Source of the DNA: Limnothrix sp. BL-A-16
Lineage (GTDB): Bacteria > Cyanobacteriota > Cyanobacteriia > CACIAM-69d
Length of the DNA stretch: 64,000 nt
Direction: 5' to 3'
Assembly: GCA_041937175.2 (NCBI GenBank)
Contig: CP166615.1
Location: forward strand, 1,120,001 to 1,184,000
In this document: in pieces, positions 29,387 through 37,797 of the stretch
Numbering within the stretch: position 1 is the first letter of the stretch
Layout: the number at the start of each line of letters is the position of its first letter
Position numbers and translations under genes: made by a program
The notes under the pieces: generated by a model
The model's input: the letters and a program-made list of their open reading frames with translations, nothing else
Database searches by the model: none
What the model was told of the DNA's origin: nothing

Positions 29387-30811
29387 ATGAAAATTGTTCA
29401 GGCTCCCAGCCAACCTGTGCGCCCGCTCCAGCGGTTTGTGGTGGCCGGTGTGGCAACGCCCGATGATGCGGGCAAACCGTTGGTCGTCAGTCTGAATAAT
29501 GACTTCAAGATGACAGGGCCGATCGTGGCCAAGGACGGCACTTGGCGCTTAGACCTGGTGTTTCCCAAGCCCGGCAACCATCACCTGAGTGTGAATTTGG
29601 GCGATCGGCGGGCGGACTGGTCGTTTCAGGTGATTGGGGAAAATGGCGAAACGGCCCCACCGGGCCCGATCGTCCCAGAAGCCAGCCCTGTCAACGGCCG
29701 TCGTCCCCTCCCTCGGGCGAAGGCCGCAGAAGGTGCGCCCACCCTGCGGCAGTTGGTGGAAGAAGCCTTCCGCAACAACTATTCCGATGTGCATTTGGCT
29801 GTGGGCCGAGAACCGCGCTTCCGCAGCCGGGGGCAAATGCAGCCCACCACCTACCCCACCACCGATGACAACACCTTCATGGCCTGGATGCAGGAAGTGT
29901 TGAGTGATCTGGAAATTCAGCAGTTTCAAGAACATTTGGACTTTGACGGCGCGGCCCAATATCCCTTTGCACGGGTGCGGATCAATTTGTTTGAAACCCT
30001 GAACGGGCCGGCGATGGTGTTGCGCTTGATTCCGATGGAAATCAAGACCTTTGAGCAGCTTTGTTTACCGGCGGCCTTTGCCAATGTTTGCCATGCCCAC
30101 AAGGGGTTGATTTTGGTGACGGGGCCCACCGGCTCCGGGAAGTCCACCACCTTGGCGGCCATGATTGACTACATCAACCGCAACATGACCCGGCACATCA
30201 TCACGATCGAAGACCCGATCGAGTTTGTCCACCAAAGCCGCAGGTCGGTGATCAATCAGCGGGAGGTGGGGATTCACTCCCTACGGTTTGACAATGCGTT
30301 GCGGGCTTCCTTGCGGGAAGATCCAGACGTGATTCTGATTGGGGAAATGCGCGATCGGGAAACGGTGGAAACCGCCCTGAAGGCCGCCCAAACCGGTCAC
30401 TTGGTGTTCGGAACCCTGCACACCAACGGGGCCGTCAAGACGATCGAGCGGATTTTGGCCCTCTATTCACCGGAAGATCGCGAGGCCGTGCGCACCCAAA
30501 TTGCGGAAGCGATGGTGGCTTGCATTTCCCAAGCCCTCGTGCCCACCACCGACGGCAAACGGGCCCCGGTTTTTGAAGTGCTGATCAACACCGATGCGGT
30601 GCGGGATTACATCAAGAAAGGTCAGATTGACGAGGTGGAGGACATCATCCCCCGATCGGAATACGAGGGCATGTGTACGATGAACCAAATTCTCTACAAG
30701 CTCTATTTGGAAGGGCGAATCAACGAGGAGATTGCCCTCGCCAATTCGCCCCGCGAGAACGAAATGGCGATTATGTTGCGAGGTGGCTCTCTCTACAGCT
30801 CTGCGGTCTAG
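29387..30811 (+). CDS. pilT: Type IV pilus retraction ATPase PilT/PilU family, with a long N-terminal extension
   Basis: SDVHL, GPTGSGKST, TIEDPIE, LREDPDVILIGEMRD and GHLVFGTLH. GGAGG RBS before the ATG at 29387. Confidence 0.92.
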   Translation: MKIVQAPSQPVRPLQRFVVAGVATPDDAGKPLVVSLNNDFKMTGPIVAKDGTWRLDLVFPKPGNHHLSVNLGDRRADWSFQVIGENGETAPPGPIVPEASPVNGRRPLPRAKAAEGAPTLRQLVEEAFRNNYSDVHLAVGREPRFRSRGQMQPTTYPTTDDNTFMAWMQEVLSDLEIQQFQEHLDFDGAAQYPFARVRINLFETLNGPAMVLRLIPMEIKTFEQLCLPAAFANVCHAHKGLILVTGPTGSGKSTTLAAMIDYINRNMTRHIITIEDPIEFVHQSRRSVINQREVGIHSLRFDNALRASLREDPDVILIGEMRDRETVETALKAAQTGHLVFGTLHTNGAVKTIERILALYSPEDREAVRTQIAEAMVACISQALVPTTDGKRAPVFEVLINTDAVRDYIKKGQIDEVEDIIPRSEYEGMCTMNQILYKLYLEGRINEEIALANSPRENEMAIMLRGGSLYSSAV

Positions 30812-30890
30812 GTCGGGGCTTGGGGCTTGTCGTCAAATGGTCTGAAACCCTGATTTCACCGTTAGCAGATCGGGGGGGACAAGGGGCTTA

Positions 30891-31105
30891 GGGGGTGTCG
30901 TCATTTCAGCGTGGATAGCAGAGGAGAGAGTATCCTTAGCCGAAGTACTGCGCGTTCCTCTGGGTTATAAACCCTGATTGCACCATCGTGACCGATGACC
31001 AATGGGAACGAATTCGCCCCCTGCTCCCCCCACCTCGATGCCCCATTGGCAAGCAAGGACGGAATGATCGATGGTTCATTGAAGCGGCGCTTCATCACTA
31101 TCGGA
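30891..31105 (+). mobile_element. Truncated IS5-family element: left end plus the N-terminal transposase fragment
   Basis: End GGGGGTGTCGTCATTT follows TA. From 30988: VTDDQWERIRPLLP...GRNDRWFIEAALHHYR, a DUF4096-like IS5 OrfA start, after which similarity is lost. Confidence 0.8.
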
Positions 31106-31226
31106 GAAGCGGTGCTTCATCAATATCGGACAGGGGCCCCTTGGCGCGATTGACCGCCCCAGTTTTGCTCCCGCAATTGGCCCCTGAAATTCAGTATGTT
31201 TAGGGTGGCGGCGCAAAACCCAGATC

Positions 31227-33059
31227 ATGCAGCGATCGAACCTAACCAAACGGAGCCGAACCCTCCTGGCCCAACGGGCCATGACGGGCGAGCGGATCAC
31301 GCTGCGCACCACGGGAAAAGCGGGCGGCGAAGGGGAAATTTATCAGGTTGCGGAAGAACCGAGCCTGCTGGCCAAGATTTATCACCCCGACCAACGATCG
31401 CCCGATCGGGCGGCCAAACTGGCCGCCATGTTGAACGATCCGCCGCTAGATCCGTTGGAACCACCGATTACGATCGCCTGGCCAGTGGATGCGGTGGTGG
31501 TGGATGGGGCGATTGTTGGGTTTTTGATGCCCAAAGCACCCGAAACCCGCCCCCTGCACGAGGTTTACACGCCCAAGATGCGACGGCGCGAGTTGCCGGG
31601 TCTCACCTATCGCTACCTGGTGCGGATGGCTCGCAACCTGGCCCAAGCCGTTGATGTGCTCCATGAACGGGGCTACACGATTGGGGATGTGAACGAGTCC
31701 AACGTGCTGGCCGCGTCCAATGCCCTGGTGACCCTGGTGGATACGGATTCGTTTCAGGTGGTCGATCGCCAACAGCGGCGCACTTTCCGTTGTCCCGTGG
31801 GCAAGCCAGAATATACGCCCCCGGAACTGCAAGGGCGCAACTTTCGAGAGGTCGATCGCACGGCGGCCCAAGACTGCTTTGGGTTGGCGGTGTTGCTCTT
31901 TCAGTTGTTGATGGAGGGAACCCACCCCTTTGACGGCGCTTTTCTGGGATCCGGTGACCCGCCCCTGATTGACCAACGGATTGCGGCCGGGGAATTTCCC
32001 TACAGTGCCCGATCGCCCCGTTGGAAACCCAAGCCGATCGCGCCGCCTTTCGCGGGCCTCGATCCGCAATTGCAAAATCTCTTTCGCCAGGCCTTTGAAA
32101 CCCGCCACCCGGCTGATCGGCCCAGCGCCCGTCAGTGGTTCACCGTTTTGGACAGCGCCGAAAACAACCTCGTGACCTGTAGCGCCAATCCTCACCATAT
32201 CTACTTTGGCCATCAGGGTTCCTGTCCCTGGTGCGATCGGGCGCGACAGTTCCGAGGGCGCGATCCCTTTCCCTCTCCGGCCGCCATCCGGCGCGGCGAG
32301 CATATCCAACTGGCCAAAACGCACCGCAAGGCTCCCCGGGTGGTGACCCCGCCGCCCATCGCCGCCAGCATCCAAACGATTCCCCTGCGCCCCCTGCCGC
32401 CCACCGTCACCGCCCGCAACTATTGGCTGGCTCCCGGCTATTCCCGATCGAGCGCTTGGGTCTCTGCCATTGGGTTGGGCTGCTGTTTTTTGGTCTCCGC
32501 CGCCATCATTGCCAGCCGAGAGGCCCTCGACTTTTCCACCCCCGGAGTCCCCGCCCTCATTCCCCGCGTTCTGACGGCTCGCCCCCCTGTCCTTAGCCCA
32601 GAACAGCAGCGCCTGGCCCTGATCCAATTTGACAGCACCCGCAGCCAAATCGAAGGCCTCACCAATCAACTCACTCAAGAAATGGTGACCCTGATGCAGG
32701 ATCCCGATCGGCCCCTTGTGCGGCTTTCCCGATCGGCCCTCACGGAGCGATCCCAACGGGCGATCGCCTCCGCTCTGGGTAAGCCGGGCCTGTTTTATGG
32801 CAATGGAACCATTTCCGGCTCCTTGCCCCCGGACGGGGAGGCCACCCAAACGGTGCTGCAAATTCAATGGATTGAAGCCATTTCCGAATATCAACGGCGG
32901 ATTTTGGGCGACCAATACGCTTGGGGCTATCTGGATTCCGCCACCGTCCGCCACCTCACGGCCGACTCTCGCCAAATTTTGCTGGACTCGCTCACGCCCG
33001 TGCCCGTGGCGGTTCCCAGCACGCTCACCCAGCCCGATCGCCCCGCCAATCAACCCTAG
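31227..33059 (+). CDS. YegI-like Ser/Thr protein kinase with a Cys-rich knuckle, one TM helix and a C-terminal extracytoplasmic domain
   Basis: GGEGEIY, AKIYH, IAWP, GFLMP, GDVNESN, DTDSFQ, GKPEYTPPELQG, DCFGLA, and CSANPHH...CPWC. TM segment WVSAIGLGCCFLVSAAII. Confidence 0.85.
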   Translation: MQRSNLTKRSRTLLAQRAMTGERITLRTTGKAGGEGEIYQVAEEPSLLAKIYHPDQRSPDRAAKLAAMLNDPPLDPLEPPITIAWPVDAVVVDGAIVGFLMPKAPETRPLHEVYTPKMRRRELPGLTYRYLVRMARNLAQAVDVLHERGYTIGDVNESNVLAASNALVTLVDTDSFQVVDRQQRRTFRCPVGKPEYTPPELQGRNFREVDRTAAQDCFGLAVLLFQLLMEGTHPFDGAFLGSGDPPLIDQRIAAGEFPYSARSPRWKPKPIAPPFAGLDPQLQNLFRQAFETRHPADRPSARQWFTVLDSAENNLVTCSANPHHIYFGHQGSCPWCDRARQFRGRDPFPSPAAIRRGEHIQLAKTHRKAPRVVTPPPIAASIQTIPLRPLPPTVTARNYWLAPGYSRSSAWVSAIGLGCCFLVSAAIIASREALDFSTPGVPALIPRVLTARPPVLSPEQQRLALIQFDSTRSQIEGLTNQLTQEMVTLMQDPDRPLVRLSRSALTERSQRAIASALGKPGLFYGNGTISGSLPPDGEATQTVLQIQWIEAISEYQRRILGDQYAWGYLDSATVRHLTADSRQILLDSLTPVPVAVPSTLTQPDRPANQP

Positions 33060-33101
33060 GGAGCAAGGCCATAGAGTTATGAAAGGGAGTCACGAAAGGA
33101 T

Positions 33102-33276
33102 TAGACCTCTTGCGCGAATCAGCTAATAGCCCTCATCCCCCAACCCCTTCTCCCAAGGGGGGCGAAGGGGAGCCAGAAATCGGGAGTTACGGCGATTTCG
33201 TTGTTGATTTTCAAGTCCCTCTCCCGACTTGGGAGAGGGATTTAGGGTGAGGGTCTTAATTGATGCAAGAGATCTA
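33102..33276 (+). mobile_element. MITE family 2 (about 175 bp), copy A
   Basis: TAGACCTCTTGC ... GCAAGAGATCTA ends, with internal CCCTTCTCCC/CCCTCTCCC...GGGAGAGGG hairpins. Near-identical copies at 48601 and 58634. Confidence 0.9.
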
Positions 33277-34008
33277 TTGATGGATGCTCCCATGCACCGA
33301 GAATGGAGCGCGGCCCAACCGATCGGGAATGGTCGTGAATCCGGGACGGGCGATCGCACCGTGGCCCATGATATCGATCGCCCCATTGCCCCCCAAATCC
33401 CGTAGGGGCGCATCGCCATGCGCCCTCCGGTACGCGAGATCTCCGAGGGCCAATTCGTTTCGATCGATCCTGGCGGAGGGTGTACAGCGGTACGCCCCTA
33501 CCCGATCGCCCCATTGACGGGGAAAACCCGATGCATGATCCCGAGGCGCGATCGCACCGTGGCCCATGATATCGATCGGCCCATTGCCCCCCAAATCCCG
33601 TAGGGGCGCATCGCCATGCGCCCTCCGGTACGCGAGATCTCCGAGGGCCAATTCGTTTCGATCGATCCTGGCGGAGGGCGTACAGCGGTACGCCCCTACC
33701 CGATCGCCCCATTGACGGGGAAACCCCGATGCATGATCCCGAGGCGCGATCGCGCCGCGTCCCATGAATCGATCGGCTGTAGGGTGCATGGGAGTACGGC
33801 CACAGAGTCACGAAACGTTTGATGGATGCTCCCATGCACCGAGAATTGAGCGCGGCCCAACCGATCGGGGATGGTCGTTGAATGCGGGGTGGGTGGCGGT
33901 GCGTGGGAGATCACCGGGAGATGGTTGTTGAATGCGGCATGGGTGGCGGTGCATGGGAGATGAGGGGCAATGGTTATTGACAGCCGAGCGTGCTCCCATG
34001 CACCCTAC
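33277..34008. repeat. GTAG-type REP/REPIN cluster including a 198-bp tandem duplication
   Basis: Tandem units start at 33351 and 33549. Each has GTAGGGGCGCATCGCCATGCGCCC and GGG(T/C)GTACAGCGGTACGCCCCTAC. A second type is GTAGGGTGCATGGGAG (33779) ... CTCCCATGCACCCTAC (to 34008). A 60-bp repeat lies at 33277 and 33819. Confidence 0.85.
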
Positions 34009-37000
34009 GCCTGTCCGTTTGTTTGTTGGTTTCGGATTTGATCAATGGCCCGACGTGAGGTTGCGGCTGATGGTGAACCGATGCGTTCTAGGATTTCGAG
34101 GGAGATTGATAGATCGACCAGACCGGCTTCAATTTGCCCGAGCTTGGTGGCCTTGAGCCAGCCCAGCCATTGCAGCGTCATGGCTTTGCCCTGGGCATTG
34201 CCGATTTGCTCTTTGATTTCCAAGGATTGCTGAAAGAGGGCGATCGCCTGCTCGATCTCCCCCCGGTTGGCGTAGATCCTGCCCAGTTCGTGCAGGGTGG
34301 TGGCTTTGCCCCCGATATTGCCGATTTGCTCTTCGATTTCCAGGGATTGCTGATAGAGGGCGATCGCCTGCTCGATCTCGCCCCGGTTGGCGTAGATCCT
34401 GCCCAGTTCGTGCAGGGTGGCGGCTTTGCCCTGGGCATTGCCGATTTGCTCCTCGATTTCCAGGGATTGCTGATAGAGGGCGATCGCCTGCTCGATCTCC
34501 CCCCGGTTGGCGTAGAGGGTGGCAAGGTTGTGCAGGGTGGTGGCTTTGCCCCCGATATTGCCGATTTGCTCTTCGATTTCCAGGGATTGCTGATAGAGGG
34601 CGATCGCCTGCTCGATCTCGCCCCGGTTGGCGTAGATCCTGCCCAGTTCGTGCAGGGTGGCGGCTTTGCCCTGGGCATTGCCGATTTGCTCCTCGATTTC
34701 CAGGGATTGCTGATAGAGGGCGATCGCCTGCTCGATCTCCCCCCGGTTGGCGTAGAGGGTGGCAAGGTTGTGGATAATCGTGGCTCGGTCGCGGATTTCG
34801 GCTTCGGTGCTGGTAGGGCAGCGATCGAGGGCGGTTTGGTAGTTCGCCAAGGCTGCGGCCACATCCCCGAGTTCTTGTTGCGATCGGGCTAGATTGTGAA
34901 TCACTCGATAATCTGCCGTTAGGGTCAGGTTTTTTTGGCAGAGATCGCGGGCTTCCCGAAAGCGACTGCGTTTAATCCATTGATTGGTAACAGCTTTCGA
35001 GATCGTGGTAGAAATCTCTGATTCTTGGCCCAACAGCGCCAGCCGGTGAATTTCTAGGCGCTGTTCCTCTGTGGAACTGTCCGATTCTTCCCACCAAAGG
35101 CGATAGAGCGTTTGGCAAGCCAGGGCCGCCAACTCCTGGGGCGGGGGGCTGGGCAGATCCAGCGGCAAAATGCGCGGCACTCGCAACTCCCCAGCGGGCG
35201 ATTGCTCCAACAACCCCAGGGCTTGGGCCCGAGCCAGGCGGCTGGCCGCCGCTGGGATGTCCGTCAACAGGGGGTCGATCGCCGCTGGTGGCACGGGCAA
35301 CTCATAGATCGCCGCCCGCTGCAACAGGTGGTGCAAATCTTGATCCACCCAATCCCAGAGGGTGGCGGCCAACACTTGCTCCCGTAGCTCGTCCGGCTGT
35401 TGGGCCAGGCGATCGAGCAGGGCGCTCAGGGTGTCCGGGTCGGGGCGCTCGCTCGCTCCTTGGGGGTCGATCGTGATTTTGCCCGACTCATCCAGCCGAC
35501 CCAAGCCGCTCAGGAGCTGATCGAGCCAGCGCCACAGCCGGGGGTTGCCATCGCCCAACTGCCAAGCCCGCTCCACCAGCGATCGGGGCAACGTCGCGGC
35601 GGGGTTGCTGAAACCCGGCAGCCGTTCCCGCAACTTGCGCGCATCCCCATCCCGAAACCCATCAATCCCCAAGTGCCGCAACCGCAACCGATCGCGCAGG
35701 GCCGGGTCAATGTCGTAGCGGGTGGTGATCAGCAGCTTGTGGGGCTGGTCAAAGGCTTGCCGATCGATGGCCGTGGCGATCGCCTCCAAAATTTCCGCCG
35801 CCGCCGGTTGGAGTTGATAAGTGCCGTTTCGCAGTTCCAGGCAGTTTTCAAAATCATCAAACACCCACAAAAAGGGCGGTTGACCCAGGCGAGCTTGCTG
35901 GTCAAACACACGGACAAGTCGATAAGCCAAGGGATTGCGATCGTCTTCCAGAATTTCCCGTTGCTCTGGGGGAAAATCCCACGCCGTTTCCCGCACAAAC
36001 CGAGGCAAATCCAACCGCCCCACAATCACCACCCGCTGGAATTGGTCGAGCCGATCGCACAGCCGGGCCGCGATGCTGCTTTTGCCCAGGCCGCCCATGC
36101 CCTGGAGCCACACCCCCACCGAGTCGCGATCGCGCAACACCCGCAAGCCCCGCTGCAACCAGCGCCGCCGCCCCACAAACTCCCGCCGGGTCGGCACTTG
36201 CACCGTCTGCCGATTTGGATCGAGAAATTGCCCCACCAGGCTGGCCTTGGGCGCACGCAACCGGCCGGGCGATCGGGGAGCCGTCACCAAGGGGCCGATC
36301 GCCGGGGTCAGGTCGCCCCCCACAAACAACCGCAACAAATACCACTCGGGCGATCGACCCGTTTCCAAGGGCCGCGTCAGCTCCCCATAGGCCACCCGCA
36401 ACGCATCCACGAGCGATCGCCCCTCCGCCAACCCGCGATAGATCGCCGCCGCCGCCGCCGTGGCATCGGTGTCATAGACCGGTCGCCCCCAACCCAACAC
36501 GGCCCGTGCCCCCGCTTGCACCAGCGATCGGGCCATGGCGGGCATCCCGTTGCGCCCTTCCCCGGTCTGACAGCCGGACAAAAACACCAAGGGCGGAAAC
36601 TGTCGCCCCAAGGCTTGGGCAATGTCGGCAGCGGTCGCATCGTGGCGATCGCCCGTTTCCGTTTCCGTAATGAACACCGGCACGGGCGGTTGTTGGCGCT
36701 GATCAATGCCCGCATGGCCGGTCAGGTGCAACAAATCCAACTCGCTGGGATCAAACTGCCCCACCAACCAGCCCAAATCCTCCAGACAGCCGGTTTCTTC
36801 CACGGTCAACCGCATATCCAGGCGATCGGTCGCATCCAAAATCGCCTGCTCTTCGGTTTCAAACCCCAGGGCCACGCCGCCCCCGGTGGGAGCCGCCGCC
36901 ATAAACAGCCCATGCAACGCCCGGTTGCGCCGCTCGATCGGGGTCAGGGGCCGCGCCTCCGCACAAACCCGCACCGGCACAATCCCCGCCGCCACCAAAA

Positions 37001-37361
37001 AGCGATCGCCATCGTGCAGCAACTCCCAAGGCAACCGCCCCAAGTCGGGCCAGCTCGGATCGGTTGGCGCGATCAAGTCGATCGCCAATACCTCGGGCCG
37101 CTGATCCGCCAACTGCCGACTCAACAGCCGATCGCTCCCATCCAGCCAAGCAAACAACTGCCGCCCCAAGGCCAACGCCTCGGCCGGCCCCTGCCGAGGA
37201 TCGAGCGTTCGGTCAAAGAGGCGATCGGCCTGGTCGATCGCCTGGCCCAACTCCGCCACCGGGAGCGATCGGCTCTCGTAGCGATTGGGATTCTCAAAAA
37301 ACCAGCGGAATTCCACCGTATCCGCCGTCAGCGATCGCAACCAAAGGGAGAGCGTCGTCAT
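34005..37361 (-). CDS. CHAT (caspase-like protease) - STAND/NB-ARC-like NTPase - TPR repeat protein
   Basis: CHAT motifs LPWELL, LLHLTGHAG (His) and VFLSGCQTG (Cys). NTPase motifs FVGRR, Walker A GMGGLGKS, Walker B WVFDDFE, LLITTR and GNPR. C-terminal 40-aa TPR repeats. Confidence 0.92.
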   Translation of the reverse strand: MTTLSLWLRSLTADTVEFRWFFENPNRYESRSLPVAELGQAIDQADRLFDRTLDPRQGPAEALALGRQLFAWLDGSDRLLSRQLADQRPEVLAIDLIAPTDPSWPDLGRLPWELLHDGDRFLVAAGIVPVRVCAEARPLTPIERRNRALHGLFMAAAPTGGGVALGFETEEQAILDATDRLDMRLTVEETGCLEDLGWLVGQFDPSELDLLHLTGHAGIDQRQQPPVPVFITETETGDRHDATAADIAQALGRQFPPLVFLSGCQTGEGRNGMPAMARSLVQAGARAVLGWGRPVYDTDATAAAAAIYRGLAEGRSLVDALRVAYGELTRPLETGRSPEWYLLRLFVGGDLTPAIGPLVTAPRSPGRLRAPKASLVGQFLDPNRQTVQVPTRREFVGRRRWLQRGLRVLRDRDSVGVWLQGMGGLGKSSIAARLCDRLDQFQRVVIVGRLDLPRFVRETAWDFPPEQREILEDDRNPLAYRLVRVFDQQARLGQPPFLWVFDDFENCLELRNGTYQLQPAAAEILEAIATAIDRQAFDQPHKLLITTRYDIDPALRDRLRLRHLGIDGFRDGDARKLRERLPGFSNPAATLPRSLVERAWQLGDGNPRLWRWLDQLLSGLGRLDESGKITIDPQGASERPDPDTLSALLDRLAQQPDELREQVLAATLWDWVDQDLHHLLQRAAIYELPVPPAAIDPLLTDIPAAASRLARAQALGLLEQSPAGELRVPRILPLDLPSPPPQELAALACQTLYRLWWEESDSSTEEQRLEIHRLALLGQESEISTTISKAVTNQWIKRSRFREARDLCQKNLTLTADYRVIHNLARSQQELGDVAAALANYQTALDRCPTSTEAEIRDRATIIHNLATLYANRGEIEQAIALYQQSLEIEEQIGNAQGKAATLHELGRIYANRGEIEQAIALYQQSLEIEEQIGNIGGKATTLHNLATLYANRGEIEQAIALYQQSLEIEEQIGNAQGKAATLHELGRIYANRGEIEQAIALYQQSLEIEEQIGNIGGKATTLHELGRIYANRGEIEQAIALFQQSLEIKEQIGNAQGKAMTLQWLGWLKATKLGQIEAGLVDLSISLEILERIGSPSAATSRRAIDQIRNQQTNGQA
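34180..34772. repeat. Five near-identical 120-bp intragenic TPR repeats containing an exact 240-bp higher-order duplication
   Basis: CCGATTTGCTC recurs at 34201, 34321, 34441, 34561 and 34681. About 34290-34532 is identical to 34530-34772. Confidence 0.95.
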
Positions 37362-37515
37362 GGGGAGCGATCCAAACCCAAAATGCTGGCCAAATTCTCT
37401 CCAGTCTAGCCCTCGGTTTTGGGCGATCGCTATGCCCGCAAGGCTTCCGCGATTTTGGTTTGTAGCGTGTTGACCCCATCGGCTAACCGATCAGCTTCGG
37501 TTGTTTACCTAGGGC

Positions 37516-37553
37516 CGGGATCCCCGCTCTTTCTAGGCGGGGAGGTTAATCAA
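37516..37553. mobile_element. IS200/IS605-type end hairpin remnant (or terminator) downstream of 6S RNA
   Basis: GGGATCCCCGCTCTTTCTAGGCGGGGAGGTTAA, resembling the CCCCGC-loop-GCGGGG subterminal hairpins of IS605-group ends. Confidence 0.5.
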
Positions 37554-37579
37554 CAATTGGTTGAAGCAAATTCTGAGGA

Positions 37580-37793
37580 GTTGGGTTAACCGCAAATGCC
37601 GTCTTGCCTCAGCTTCCGACCTGGAAAAACCAGGTGGGTACTCTTGTCTCCGTTTAAAGTTTCTGAGTTAACAAAGCGCCGAAACGCTCGCTCAGTCTAC
37701 TGCCACTAAGACGTTCGGTGAGTCCCCGAATTGGAACAAACATAGATCGCAAAACAATTATTGGCAGTCACCAACATTGCAGCAAAACCCAAC
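37580..37793 (-). ncRNA. ssrS: 6S RNA (SsrS/SsaA)
   Basis: On the minus strand 5' GTTGGGTTTTGCTGCAATGTTG pairs with 3' CGGCATTTGCGGTTAACCCAAC (closing stem). Contains GAAACTTTAAACGG..GTACCCACCTGG, a 6S-like 3' central bubble, and has an upstream extended -10. Confidence 0.85.
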
Positions 37794-37797
37794 CGGA

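Noticed and set aside
31446..33053. 535-aa minus-strand ORF
   Set aside because: Antisense shadow of the kinase gene.
33351..33753. Possible CRISPR array (also considered for 23951-24154 and 14611-14683)
   Set aside because: The units repeat in full with no unique spacers and there are no cas genes. These are tandem duplications or REPs.
33242..33835. 197-aa and 171-aa ORFs with internal repeats
   Set aside because: They are translations of the 198-bp REP duplication, open in several frames, with no protein-like features.
34180..34772. Diversity-generating retroelement template/variable repeat pair
   Set aside because: The repeats are in-frame tandem TPRs, the differences are not adenine-specific, and there is no reverse transcriptase in the window.
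35400..37409. 669-aa plus-strand ORF
   Set aside because: Antisense shadow of the GC-rich CHAT-STAND gene, with no motifs.
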